From: Clostridia bacterium
GTDB taxonomy: Bacteria > Bacillota > Clostridia > UMGS1883 > UMGS1540
Direction of reading: 5' to 3'
NCBI GenBank assembly: GCA_017620205.1
Contig: JAFZQX010000003.1
Coordinates: 3,713-67,712, forward strand
DNA length: 64,000 nt
Shown: one piece after another, positions 47,988-57,100 of the stretch
Layout: the number at the start of each line of letters is the position of its first letter
Position numbering within the stretch: the stretch's first letter is position 1
Notes under the pieces: model-generated
Database searches by the model: none
What the model was told of the DNA's origin: nothing
What the model saw: only the letters and a program-made list of their open reading frames with translations
Position numbers and translations under genes: made by a program

Positions 47988-48437
47988 TTAAATCGTTCTA
48001 TGATTTAACAGTTTTATCCATTTTCTCTGTCTATGAGCATAAAAACAGTTAGCCCACATCCATATGAAGATCGTCTTCCATCCGGCATCTATATCAACCT
48101 TGTCAGTATATCTGCATCTGTTTACCGGTAATTCTTCGAGTATAATTTCATGATTCCATATAGGAACATGCTCATTTTCCTCATGTGTATATATTCCGTC
48201 ATCCAATTCAAATCTGATCACATGGATCGTATGAGTTCCAAATGGAATAATGCCAAACAACCTGAACTTAAACCGCGATGTACTTCCAACCTCCCAGGAC
48301 ATATTATCGGTTCTATCCACAGGTGTAAAAGTGGCATACGGATATGCAATATACTGAAGTGTCTTAAGTTTCAAAAGCCTTTTAAATACATGCTTTTTGC
48401 TGTCGGGTAGTATGCATGTCTTTTTAACTGTTTTCAT
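47988..48437 (-). CDS. hypothetical protein
   Basis: ORF in an operon-like array. No family recognised. Confidence 0.4.
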   Translation of the reverse strand: MKTVKKTCILPDSKKHVFKRLLKLKTLQYIAYPYATFTPVDRTDNMSWEVGSTSRFKFRLFGIIPFGTHTIHVIRFELDDGIYTHEENEHVPIWNHEIILEELPVNRCRYTDKVDIDAGWKTIFIWMWANCFYAHRQRKWIKLLNHRTI

Positions 48438-48527
48438 GATATATTCCTCTCTGTTCATAGTCAGTTAGAAGTAACGCTGTTTAAGCATCTTTACAGTTTC
48501 AATTGCGGATACGGCAAAAAGCACAGT

Positions 48528-49196
48528 TTAAATGCTTTTCCATTTAGTGTTTTTCTTTTCTGAGTAATAAATTGCCGCATACATCAATAGCCAGCCAAAC
48601 GATTCAAAACCGCTGTCGGCACCCATAAAAGAGAAAGGTATAAAATTTATGAGCTGACCGATAAGAGCAATTATTATGGGGTTTAGAATTACCGTCCATT
48701 TAGGGAGTTTAATGTCTCCTTTCAGCACTATGCCAAACCATGCTATGGTTACGAGCACATCCGTAAAAACAAACTGCAAAATAAGCGGTATAGATACGCT
48801 TTTTGCAACGCGAAAAAGCATACCCTTTGCAAGCTCTGTATTGCCGGTTGCTTCAAAGCCTGCGTTAAATATCACTATCAGCATACAAATAGCAATATGT
48901 ATAAACGTAAAAAACAGAATTCCCGCATAATTGCTTATTTTAAAAAGCTTAACGTATTTGCTTTTGGGATGCCTGGCTTCAAGCATTTTGCAGGTTTCGA
49001 TTGCGGAAACGGCAAAAAGTACGGCGCAAAGCATACCAAGTACGGCCGAGAGCGCAAGCCGCCAATCCGCTACTACATTCCAGACCATTTTGCCCGTGCT
49101 GTCCGTGCCGATGGAGTTGATTCCCATTAAATAATCGCCTATCATTGCAAGGGAAAACGCAGGAATGGCAAGGAATATCTTTTGTTTTCTTGTCAA
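48528..49196 (-). CDS. hypothetical polytopic membrane protein
   Basis: About six hydrophobic helices. Confidence 0.45.
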   Translation of the reverse strand: MTRKQKIFLAIPAFSLAMIGDYLMGINSIGTDSTGKMVWNVVADWRLALSAVLGMLCAVLFAVSAIETCKMLEARHPKSKYVKLFKISNYAGILFFTFIHIAICMLIVIFNAGFEATGNTELAKGMLFRVAKSVSIPLILQFVFTDVLVTIAWFGIVLKGDIKLPKWTVILNPIIIALIGQLINFIPFSFMGADSGFESFGWLLMYAAIYYSEKKNTKWKSI

Positions 49197-49211
49197 TTAT
49201 AACACCTTCTT

Positions 49212-49994
49212 TTATTTTATTCCTGTAAGTAAGGTTGAAGATTCTAAAAAAAGCCGTTTTGCTTCACGTTTTGTCATAAACATGCCGTTTGCCGTATTTA
49301 TAAGTTCAACCTTTTCATAACCTTCATTTTTAAGTTCCCCGACAAATTTTTGCATATCACCGCAGCGAATGGGGGACATAAGATCGTGTATTGCAAATGT
49401 GCCGCCTTTTTTAAGTACGCGCAGTGTCTCGCGCAAAAGAGCCTGCTTATCTGCGCCTACAATATTGTGATAAACATAATTGCTTAAAACGCAGTCAAAG
49501 CTCTCATCCGGAAAGTCAAGTTTTTTTGCGTCGCCTTTTTGGAAAGTAACGTTTTTTACACCCTCGGCTTCGGCGTTTTTTTCACACAGTTTTTTACTGA
49601 AAGACCTGTAATTCTTTCCCCAACGGTCAACGCCTGTTATCTGCGCTTTCGGGTTTTTCTTTGCGCACGCAATGGTTAATGCGCCGCTGCCGCAGCCTAT
49701 GTCAAGTGCGTGCCCGCCTTCGGGTACCTTTATAAAATCCGCAATGCCTTCTATGATATGCTTTGACAGCTTCCGTCTCCCTTTATATGAAAACGCTTGA
49801 TACCATGATATGAACATAAAAGAGCAAGCACCTGATACAAGAGTCAACATGGACAGAAAGATAAAACAAAAAGCACGCAGTCTTACGGCGGTTATTTGCT
49901 GCGTCAGTATTAACAACACAACCGAAACGGCAGTAAGTACGGGCGGAACTGTAACCATGCTTTTCGGTACCCAATTACGGTAATCTGCTTTCAT
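49212..49994 (-). CDS. class I SAM-dependent methyltransferase with an N-terminal TM anchor
   Basis: LDIGCGSG motif I and downstream methyltransferase motifs. Confidence 0.7.
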   Translation of the reverse strand: MKADYRNWVPKSMVTVPPVLTAVSVVLLILTQQITAVRLRAFCFIFLSMLTLVSGACSFMFISWYQAFSYKGRRKLSKHIIEGIADFIKVPEGGHALDIGCGSGALTIACAKKNPKAQITGVDRWGKNYRSFSKKLCEKNAEAEGVKNVTFQKGDAKKLDFPDESFDCVLSNYVYHNIVGADKQALLRETLRVLKKGGTFAIHDLMSPIRCGDMQKFVGELKNEGYEKVELINTANGMFMTKREAKRLFLESSTLLTGIK

Positions 49995-50000
49995 TTTGTT

Positions 50001-50258
50001 TTACCCCCTTTGCCAGAAGTGCTTCGTATCTTCAACTATTTCTGTTTTTACCGACAGAATTTTATATCCTGTTTTTCCGATGGCTTTTTGCAGTTTTAAT
50101 TCATCGGGATAGAAATCGGTTATAAAAGTTGTTTCGCCTTTTCTGTAAGAAGATTTTACTTTTTTGGCATCGGGATAAACCGTTCTTATTGCGTGGTTTA
50201 TATGTGTTTCACACATCCCGCAGCCCATACCTTCAATTTTAAAAGTAGTTTTAATCAT
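50001..50258 (-). CDS. heavy-metal-associated (HMA)-like domain protein
   Basis: MGCGMC (MxCxxC) metal-binding motif near the N-terminus. About 85 aa. Confidence 0.5.
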   Translation of the reverse strand: MIKTTFKIEGMGCGMCETHINHAIRTVYPDAKKVKSSYRKGETTFITDFYPDELKLQKAIGKTGYKILSVKTEIVEDTKHFWQRG

Positions 50259-51021
50259 TTTTAGTCCTTTCACACATGCGCGTAATTTCTTTTGCAAACG
50301 TATCCGGCAGCTTCGTCGCAAGACCGCCGTGACCTATGCCTTTAAACATTTTAAAACGTATGTTTGGTATATTGTTTTTTACAAATTTTATATCTTTTTC
50401 CCTGTCTTTTGTTTCGCTTTCAGCATACCAGTATTCAATGTTTTCACAACCGGTTTTGTTTGTTGCAGGCAATGAAAAATTGTTGCAGGAATCAAACGTA
50501 TTCCATACTGTTCTGGCGCTCATCATTTTAAGAACTACTGCTATGTATTCGAGCTCTTTTTTTGAATAATTGTCGGTTGTAAACGCCCTTTGAAGAAGCT
50601 TTGCACCGCCCGCTTTACCGAGCATAATCAGAATAAAATCTTTTACTGCAATAAACCTTGTTAAAATATAAGGCATCCTGTATGGTGCAATACCGCCGTC
50701 AATTACGGCGCTTTCCGGCTTTATTCTGCCCTCGGCAAGCATACGTATTATAATCGAACCGCCCATAGAGCAGCCGTATATACACGCGATTTCTTTTTTT
50801 ATATTTTCCATTATGTGTTTCGTAAGTTCATCTGCTGTTTTCTCAACGCTTTCAAAATCGCTTTTTCTATCTTTGTCATATCCGGGTAGGGCGGGGACAA
50901 TAAGATGAAACCGCTTCTCCAAAAGCGGTATTACATATTCAAAATAGTCCCACATAACGCAGGAGGGGTGAATAAGCAACACAGCTTTTTCGTTTTCTTT
51001 TCCAAATTCGTGTATTGTCAT
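50251..51021 (-). CDS. alpha/beta hydrolase
   Basis: GCSMGG nucleophile elbow. Confidence 0.7.
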   Translation of the reverse strand: MTIHEFGKENEKAVLLIHPSCVMWDYFEYVIPLLEKRFHLIVPALPGYDKDRKSDFESVEKTADELTKHIMENIKKEIACIYGCSMGGSIIIRMLAEGRIKPESAVIDGGIAPYRMPYILTRFIAVKDFILIMLGKAGGAKLLQRAFTTDNYSKKELEYIAVVLKMMSARTVWNTFDSCNNFSLPATNKTGCENIEYWYAESETKDREKDIKFVKNNIPNIRFKMFKGIGHGGLATKLPDTFAKEITRMCERTKND

Positions 51022-51033
51022 TTTGAATACCCC

Positions 51034-51516
51034 CTAAAATAACATTGTTACTATGCCTGCAGGGATGGCGGCGAGAATAAGCCATAATATGGCAAGTATG
51101 CCTCGTTTTATAAACATCCCGCCCCAACTTTGAATATATGGTACGCCCTCCATACCTTTAATTTTCCAAAGTCTGCCGTAGCCTACCCAAACCTTGTCAA
51201 TAATGATACCGTCATATATATTCATTATTTCTAAAAACAAGAGAGATTGAAGGTAAGCGTTTTTAAAATAGCCGTTTCTGTTCACCGCACCAATCAAAAT
51301 AACAAGCACGGTCAGTAAAATGATACAAAACGGCAGCATAAACCGCATTTTCTTTTTTTTGATTGTTTGCCTGTCGGAAAGACCTATACTTATTGCTTTT
51401 CTTTGATATTTCTCCGGATAGAAATAAAGTGCGTTTACCGCACCGCCCACGGCTGACAGCCTTACAAGCAGAGTAAACAAAACGCAAAATCCTATTATTT
51501 CAAAAACAAGTAGCAT
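51034..51516 (-). CDS. hypothetical membrane protein
   Basis: Three to four TM helices. GGAGG RBS before the internal ATG. Confidence 0.4.
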   Translation of the reverse strand: MLLVFEIIGFCVLFTLLVRLSAVGGAVNALYFYPEKYQRKAISIGLSDRQTIKKKKMRFMLPFCIILLTVLVILIGAVNRNGYFKNAYLQSLLFLEIMNIYDGIIIDKVWVGYGRLWKIKGMEGVPYIQSWGGMFIKRGILAILWLILAAIPAGIVTMLF

Positions 51517-51712
51517 ATTTTGCCTCCGGTTATTTCTTTCTGCAAACGGCGTGCATTCTGAAAAAGCGTTTATGTCATATCGCATTCAAATACTGCTATC
51601 GGGAGAATCTTTTTTACAGAGATTATATACACTTGGGCTATTGTCCTCAAAGTGCTTTGCCGCTTTGTCAAATTCTTTTATTGTCAGCTTTTTCAGATCC
51701 GTTTTCCATACC

Positions 51713-52387
51713 TCATTTTACGCACTCAAAGCACCCTTCAGACAGCACCGTTTCAACCTTTGCGGTTGTATACATATTTTGCAGACGGTTTAAAAGAGAG
51801 TCTTTTGTGTCAAACGGCGGGTTAAAATAGCCTTTGGGAACATACGAGGTTTTAATAAACCAATCCGTTCTTTTGCACTCGCCTTCTATATACGTACAGC
51901 CGCAGAACGTGCCGCCCGGCTTTAAAACTCTATATAGCTCGGAAAAAGCTGCGTCCTTATCGGGAAACACGTGCAGACCGTTCATGGAAAGCACAATATC
52001 AAACGTGTTGTCTTCAAACGGAAGTTTGCCTACGTCACCCTGACAAAACGAAATGTTTTTTATATCCATATCTTTTGCGCGTTTCTCGGCGTGCGACATC
52101 ATTTCATTTGAATAGTCAAGACATGTTATATCGGCACCCGTCAAATCTTTATATATCGGCATTGTAAGTATTCCCGTGCCGACGGGCACTTCCAGAAGCT
52201 TGCCGCTGAAACCGTCGGGAATAGGGCGCGTTGCAAGGCGCTGATATTCTCTGTCTTTGTTTTTGTCCATTTTCCATATAACGTTACTGACAATACTTCC
52301 TATAAATCCCGTGCCTGTTATAATGTCGTCGTATAATCCGCCTTTGCTTCCTGCATAATCAAATGCTTTTTTCGTTTTATCTTTCAT
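51713..52387 (-). CDS. class I SAM-dependent methyltransferase (type 11)
   Basis: LEVPVGTG motif I, an acidic loop and motif III. Confidence 0.7.
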   Translation of the reverse strand: MKDKTKKAFDYAGSKGGLYDDIITGTGFIGSIVSNVIWKMDKNKDREYQRLATRPIPDGFSGKLLEVPVGTGILTMPIYKDLTGADITCLDYSNEMMSHAEKRAKDMDIKNISFCQGDVGKLPFEDNTFDIVLSMNGLHVFPDKDAAFSELYRVLKPGGTFCGCTYIEGECKRTDWFIKTSYVPKGYFNPPFDTKDSLLNRLQNMYTTAKVETVLSEGCFECVK

Positions 52388-52472
52388 GATATCATCTCCC
52401 GATATAATTTTATGGCACATTTGGAGTTTAGTCAAATATAAGAGAATAAAGGGACAAAAATGTCCCTTTACC

Positions 52473-52619
52473 CTAATTCTTATGACACTCTCCACACATG
52501 GGGCATGAGCCGCAGGAGCAACCGCAGGATGATTTACCTTGCTTTTTGTTTTTCACCATTTTAAATATTATGCCTGCGACTATGGCAATAAGGATAATGC
52601 TTATTATAACATTCGCCAT
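52473..52619 (-). CDS. FeoB-associated Cys-rich small membrane protein (48 aa) MANVIISIILIAIVAGIIFKMVKNKKQGKSSCGCSCGSCPMCGECHKN
   Basis: Starts 3 nt after the feoB stop. One TM segment then a CGCSCGSC..C..C tail. Absent from the ORF track (below 60 aa). Confidence 0.65.
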   Translation of the reverse strand: MANVIISIILIAIVAGIIFKMVKNKKQGKSSCGCSCGSCPMCGECHKN

Positions 52620-52622
52620 GTT

Positions 52623-55097
52623 TTACGCCTCCTCAAGTTTTGTAGCCTCCTTATACTTTTTGATAAACAGCATGTATATCATAACCGCCAAGAGAGCTAA
52701 AGCTGCAATAAAGCCTATTATATTTATATTGCCGCTTACGGCTTTTCCGAACTGGTTTATCATAAGAGCTATTGCATACGCAAAGCCTGTCTGATACAAA
52801 ATCGCAAACCAAGTCCATTTGCGGTTGTTCATCTCGCGCTTTATAGCGCCTATTGCCGCAAAGCAAGGTGCACAGAGTAAGTTAAATACCAAAAATGCAA
52901 AGCCCGAAACGGACGTGAATGCTTCTGCAATGCCGCGGTATGCGTTTCCTGCACCGCTGTATAAAATACCCATAGTGCCGACGATATTTTCTTTAGCAAC
53001 AAGTCCCGTTATGGAAGCTACTGCCGCCTGCCATTTGCCAAAGCCGAGAGGTGCAAAGAGAGGCGCTATCAGACTTCCTATTCTTGCTAAAATTGATAAG
53101 TCAAGCTCGTCTTCCGAGAGCATTCTGAAGCCTTCATCCGTAAAGCCGAAGAAGCTTGTAAACCAAACAAATATAGTAGATAAGAGAATGATAGTGCCGG
53201 CCTTTTTAATAAACGACCAGCCGCGCTCCCACATGGAACGCAAAACGTTTGAAAGTGTAGGAAGGTGGTAGGAGGGAAGCTCCATAACGAAAGGCGCGGG
53301 CTGTCCCGAAAACATCTTTGTCTTTTTAAGCATTATGCCCGATATTACTATTGCCGCCATACCTATAAAGTATGCCGATGTAGCGATCCACGCAGAGCCG
53401 CCGAAAAGCGCGCCGGCGATCATAGCGATAAACGGAATTTTTGCGCCGCAGGGGATAAATGTTGTTGTCATTATTGTCATACGGCGGTCACGTTCATTTT
53501 CAATTGTACGGCTTGCCATAATACCGGGCACCCCGCAGCCTGTGCCTATAAGCATAGGAATAAACGATTTACCCGAAAGACCGAATTTTCTGAATATTCT
53601 GTCAAGCACAAATGCGATACGTGCAATATATCCGCAAGCTTCAAGAAACGCCAGGAGGAAGAATAGCACAAGCATTTGCGGCACAAAACCGAGCACTGCG
53701 CCGACACCCGCTATAATACCGTCTAAAATCAAGCCTTTTAGCCAATCTGCCGCGCCTGCTTTATCGAGCCAACCTTCTATAACCGAAGGAATACCTTTTA
53801 CCCAAATTCCGTAATTGGCAGGATCCGGCTCGTCAAAACCTTTTTCTTCAAAGTATTCTACCGCTTCTTTGTATGATACGGGAACTACGTCTTCACCGGC
53901 GTCTTCCGGAACTTCGTCAAAATAAACCGTCATAGCTTCTGTTGCCAACGTTTCTTCGTCTTCAACCTCAACAGTTGACGTTTCTTCTCCACTGATTTCT
54001 TTCATTTCAGCGAGTGCGGCTTCTTCGTCAAAATCCTCCGCTTCCGTGTCAAGCTCATAAAAAGCGTTTACGGCGTTTAAGCTATCCGTGTATTCTTCTG
54101 ATACTTCTTCATATTCTGCAGTTCCCTTGCCGAATAAATGCCAGCCGTCGCCGAAAAGTCCGTCATTTGCCCAATCTGTTGAAGCTGCACCTATGCCTAC
54201 CATTGAAATGTAGTAAACAAGAAACATAATCACGGCGAAAATAGGGAGGCCGAGCCATCTGTTTGTAACTACTTTATCTATTTTGTCGGAGCTTGATAAT
54301 TTACCCGTGTCCTTTTTCTTGTAGCATGTTTTTATAATCTCGGCAATACCTATATATCGTTCGTTTGTGATAATGCTCTCTGCGTCATCGTCAAGTTCGC
54401 GCTCTGCCGCTTTTATATCTTCCTCAATATGCGAAAGAGTTTCGGACGGGACGCCGAGCTTTTCAATGATTTTTTCATCGCGTTCAAATATTTTTATTGC
54501 GTACCATCTTTGCGCGTCATCTGACATATCATGCAGAGCCGCTTCTTCGATATGTGCTATTGCATGCTCAACCGCACCCGAAAAAGTATGCGGATGAACT
54601 TTTTTGCCGCCTTTGGCAGCTTTTATTGCGGCTTCTGCCGCTTCCATAATGCCGTCACCTTTTAAAGCCGAAATTTCAACAATAGGACATCCGAGCCTTA
54701 AAGATAACATATCCGTATTTAATTTGTCGCCGTTTTTTCTTACAACGTCCATCATGTTGACGGCTACAACAACGGGTATCCCAAGCTCTATAAGCTGAGT
54801 TGTGAGATACAGGTTTCGCTCAATATTTGTGCCGTCAACAATGTTTAAAATAGCGTCGGGCTTTTCGTCAATAAGATAATTTCGTGCGACAACCTCTTCC
54901 AATGTGTAGGGCGATAGGGAATAGATGCCCGGAAGATCTGTAACGGTTACGCCTTCGTGGCGTTTAAGCTTACCTTCTTTTTTTTCAACCGTTACGCCGG
55001 GCCAGTTTCCTACAAACTGATTAGAACCCGTAAGCGCGTTAAAAAGAGTTGTTTTACCGCTGTTTGGGTTTCCCGCAAGTGCAATTTTAATCTCCAT
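52623..55097 (-). CDS. feoB: ferrous iron transporter FeoB, with an acidic insertion of about 100 aa
   Basis: N-terminal G domain (GNPNSGKTT) with a polytopic permease. 824 aa including a D/E-rich insert. Confidence 0.9.
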   Translation of the reverse strand: MEIKIALAGNPNSGKTTLFNALTGSNQFVGNWPGVTVEKKEGKLKRHEGVTVTDLPGIYSLSPYTLEEVVARNYLIDEKPDAILNIVDGTNIERNLYLTTQLIELGIPVVVAVNMMDVVRKNGDKLNTDMLSLRLGCPIVEISALKGDGIMEAAEAAIKAAKGGKKVHPHTFSGAVEHAIAHIEEAALHDMSDDAQRWYAIKIFERDEKIIEKLGVPSETLSHIEEDIKAAERELDDDAESIITNERYIGIAEIIKTCYKKKDTGKLSSSDKIDKVVTNRWLGLPIFAVIMFLVYYISMVGIGAASTDWANDGLFGDGWHLFGKGTAEYEEVSEEYTDSLNAVNAFYELDTEAEDFDEEAALAEMKEISGEETSTVEVEDEETLATEAMTVYFDEVPEDAGEDVVPVSYKEAVEYFEEKGFDEPDPANYGIWVKGIPSVIEGWLDKAGAADWLKGLILDGIIAGVGAVLGFVPQMLVLFFLLAFLEACGYIARIAFVLDRIFRKFGLSGKSFIPMLIGTGCGVPGIMASRTIENERDRRMTIMTTTFIPCGAKIPFIAMIAGALFGGSAWIATSAYFIGMAAIVISGIMLKKTKMFSGQPAPFVMELPSYHLPTLSNVLRSMWERGWSFIKKAGTIILLSTIFVWFTSFFGFTDEGFRMLSEDELDLSILARIGSLIAPLFAPLGFGKWQAAVASITGLVAKENIVGTMGILYSGAGNAYRGIAEAFTSVSGFAFLVFNLLCAPCFAAIGAIKREMNNRKWTWFAILYQTGFAYAIALMINQFGKAVSGNINIIGFIAALALLAVMIYMLFIKKYKEATKLEEA

Positions 55098-55111
55098 TTC
55101 AATCTCCTTCC

Positions 55112-55129
55112 GGTTAGCAAACGCTAACC
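55112..55129. promoter_or_regulatory. operator palindrome GGTTAGC-AAAC-GCTAACC between feoA and feoB
   Basis: Perfect 7-4-7 palindrome. Confidence 0.55.
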
Positions 55130-55143
55130 ACTATTCAAAAAAA

Positions 55144-55365
55144 TTAGTCAACCAAAATCATCTGAGCGTCAGCTTTTCTTATAGAAAGCTCATATCCTCT
55201 GACAGTAACTTCAATCGGGTCGCCGAGAGGAGCTACTTTTCTAACTGAAATAGTTGTACCTTTTGTTACGCCCATGTCCATAATTCTGCGCTTCACCGCG
55301 CCTTCGCCGCTGAGCTTTGAAACAACCGCTGTTTCGCCTACTTTAACGTCTTTTAATGTTTTCAT
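55144..55365 (-). CDS. feoA: FeoA family protein
   Basis: SH3-like FeoA domain. 73 aa. Confidence 0.85.
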   Translation of the reverse strand: MKTLKDVKVGETAVVSKLSGEGAVKRRIMDMGVTKGTTISVRKVAPLGDPIEVTVRGYELSIRKADAQMILVD

Positions 55366-55376
55366 GATTATTCCTC

Positions 55377-55589
55377 CTAAATCAAAATTTTGCTTGCCAT
55401 TTTGGAATCAAGCGCAACTCTTGATTCTTTTATTTTTACAATAACATTTCCGCCTATTGTGTTTATTACGGTTGCGCTTCCGCCGACAGAAAAGCCAAGG
55501 TTTTCAAGGTGTTTTTTAACATCGGGCGTGCCGCCTATTTTTTTGATTATACATTCCTCGCCCGCTAAGGCAAAGCTGATGGGAATCAT
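55377..55589 (-). CDS. feoA: FeoA family protein (second copy)
   Basis: FeoA domain. Start moved to the ATG with an AGGAAG RBS. Confidence 0.8.
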   Translation of the reverse strand: MIPISFALAGEECIIKKIGGTPDVKKHLENLGFSVGGSATVINTIGGNVIVKIKESRVALDSKMASKILI

Positions 55590-55614
55590 AAAATCACTTC
55601 CTAAGTTCACATTT

Positions 55615-55631
55615 GTTAGCCTATGCTAACC
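55615..55631. promoter_or_regulatory. operator palindrome GTTAGC-CTAT-GCTAACC at +8..+24 of the feo promoter
   Basis: Lies between the -10 and the RBS of feoA. Confidence 0.6.
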
Positions 55632-55640
55632 TCTTAATAC

Positions 55641-55670
55641 ATTATAGTTACCCAAAGCTAACTTGTCAAT
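55641..55670 (-). promoter_or_regulatory. sigma-A promoter of the feoAAB operon (TTGACA-17-TATAAT), spacer carrying an AGTTAGC half-site
   Basis: Perfect consensus on the minus strand. Confidence 0.7.
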
Positions 55671-55714
55671 CCGTTTTCCGCAAAAAAATAAAGTTTGGTT
55701 AATATAAATAAACA

Positions 55715-55730
55715 GTTAGTCATAACTAAC
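55715..55730. promoter_or_regulatory. operator-like palindrome GTTAGT-CATA-ACTAAC upstream of the dtxR-family gene
   Basis: Variant of the same 6-4-6 motif. Confidence 0.5.
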
Positions 55731-55816
55731 CCGTTTGTTGTATATTTTTTGTTTTCTCGTTTATATGCTTGATTTTAGGAGAAAAAGATGGTAAAATATT
55801 AAAAAAGGGAGGTGCG

Positions 55817-56194
55817 TCTATGGCAAACGGTGAATCAAAAGAGATGTATCTTGAAACAATACTTATTCTATCAAAAGAAAATAAAACTGTCCGTTCTGTG
55901 GACATCAGTGAATATATGGGCTTTTCTAAGCCCTCCGTCAGCCGTGCAATGGGGCTTTTAAAAGACGCGGGGTATATAGAAGAAGATTACAGGGAAGGGA
56001 TTAACCTTACAAAAAAGGGAAAGCAGATAGCAGAAGATGTGTATGAAAGACACCTGACGCTTACAAAGATGTTTGAGTCTTTAGGTGTTGACCATGATAC
56101 GGCTGTTGATGACGCCTGTAAAATTGAGCATTTTATAAGCGATAAAACGTTTAAGGCTATAAAAAAGCATTTTGAAGAATATAATAAAGAATAA
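55817..56194 (+). CDS. DtxR/MntR family metal-dependent transcriptional repressor
   Basis: N-terminal HTH (PSVSRAMGLLKDAGYI) and a dimerisation/metal-binding domain. 125 aa with no SH3 domain. Confidence 0.8.
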   Translation, partial: SMANGESKEMYLETILILSKENKTVRSVDISEYMGFSKPSVSRAMGLLKDAGYIEEDYREGINLTKKGKQIAEDVYERHLTLTKMFESLGVDHDTAVDDACKIEHFISDKTFKAIKKHFEEYNKE

Positions 56195-56205
56195 AAATTT
56201 GATAT

Positions 56206-56240
56206 AAAAAACATCCGTGAGACCGAATGGTTTCACGGAT
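56206..56240. terminator. bidirectional terminator (CATCCGTGAGA...TTTCACGGATG)
   Basis: Stem flanked by A-runs and T-runs. Confidence 0.75.
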
Positions 56241-56257
56241 GTTTTTGTTAATGATTA

Positions 56258-56956
56258 TTATTTATCGCTTTCGAGATACTTATAAACAAGTGCTGCGACA
56301 GCAGCGCCAACTAACGGACCAACGATAAATACCCAAAGGCATGAAAGCGGAGAGCCGTTGCCTGCAAATGCTGCAACGAGAGCAGGACCAAAGCTTCTTG
56401 CCGGGTTTACGGATGTGCCTGTAAGGCCTATACCTAAAATATGAACGAGAGTAAGAGTTAGACCTATTATAAGACCGCCGAATGAGCCATGACCTGCTTT
56501 TTTGGATGTAACGCCGAGTATTGTCAAAACAAATATAAATGTAAGCACAATTTCAACGAGTAATCCGGCAACAGCGCTGCCGTTTACGCCTGCGAGACCG
56601 TTTGAGCCGAAGCCGCCTGTCATATCAGTTACGCCGCCTAGCTTGAAAACAGCAGCAAGTATTCCTGCGCCTGCGAAAGCGCCGAGACACTGTGAAACAA
56701 TATAACCTAAAAATTCGCCGCCGGTCATGCCGCCACTCATTAAAACGCCGAGAGATACAGCGGGGTTAATGTGACAGCCCGAGATATTACCAACGCAGTA
56801 AGCCATGCCTACAATTACAAGACCGAAAGCTAAAGCCGTGAGGATGTATCCGCATCCCGCGTCTGCCGCGCAGCCTACGAGCATTGCCGTTCCGCAGCCC
56901 ATAATAACAAGAACCATTGTGCCGATAAATTCAGCAATATACTTTTTTGTTTTCAT
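56258..56956 (-). CDS. aqpZ: MIP family channel (aquaporin Z / glycerol facilitator-like)
   Basis: Two NPA boxes (HINPAVS and NPARS). Confidence 0.85.
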   Translation of the reverse strand: MKTKKYIAEFIGTMVLVIMGCGTAMLVGCAADAGCGYILTALAFGLVIVGMAYCVGNISGCHINPAVSLGVLMSGGMTGGEFLGYIVSQCLGAFAGAGILAAVFKLGGVTDMTGGFGSNGLAGVNGSAVAGLLVEIVLTFIFVLTILGVTSKKAGHGSFGGLIIGLTLTLVHILGIGLTGTSVNPARSFGPALVAAFAGNGSPLSCLWVFIVGPLVGAAVAALVYKYLESDK

Positions 56957-57100
56957 AGAAAACCCCTCCTGAAAAGTTATTTTATTTAAAGCGTGCTATG
57001 CTTCAAATTACATGTATTATACCAAATATCGCAAAATTTGTAAAGTGTTTCGGGGAAATAATGTGCAGTGATATTTGATATCACTGCACATTGATTTGTG

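Noticed and set aside
55769-55816. Track ORF start of the DtxR-family gene (MILGEKDGKIL...)
   Set aside because: It lacks an RBS and overlaps the promoter -10. The ATG at 55817 has a GGGAGGTG RBS and yields the canonical N-terminus.
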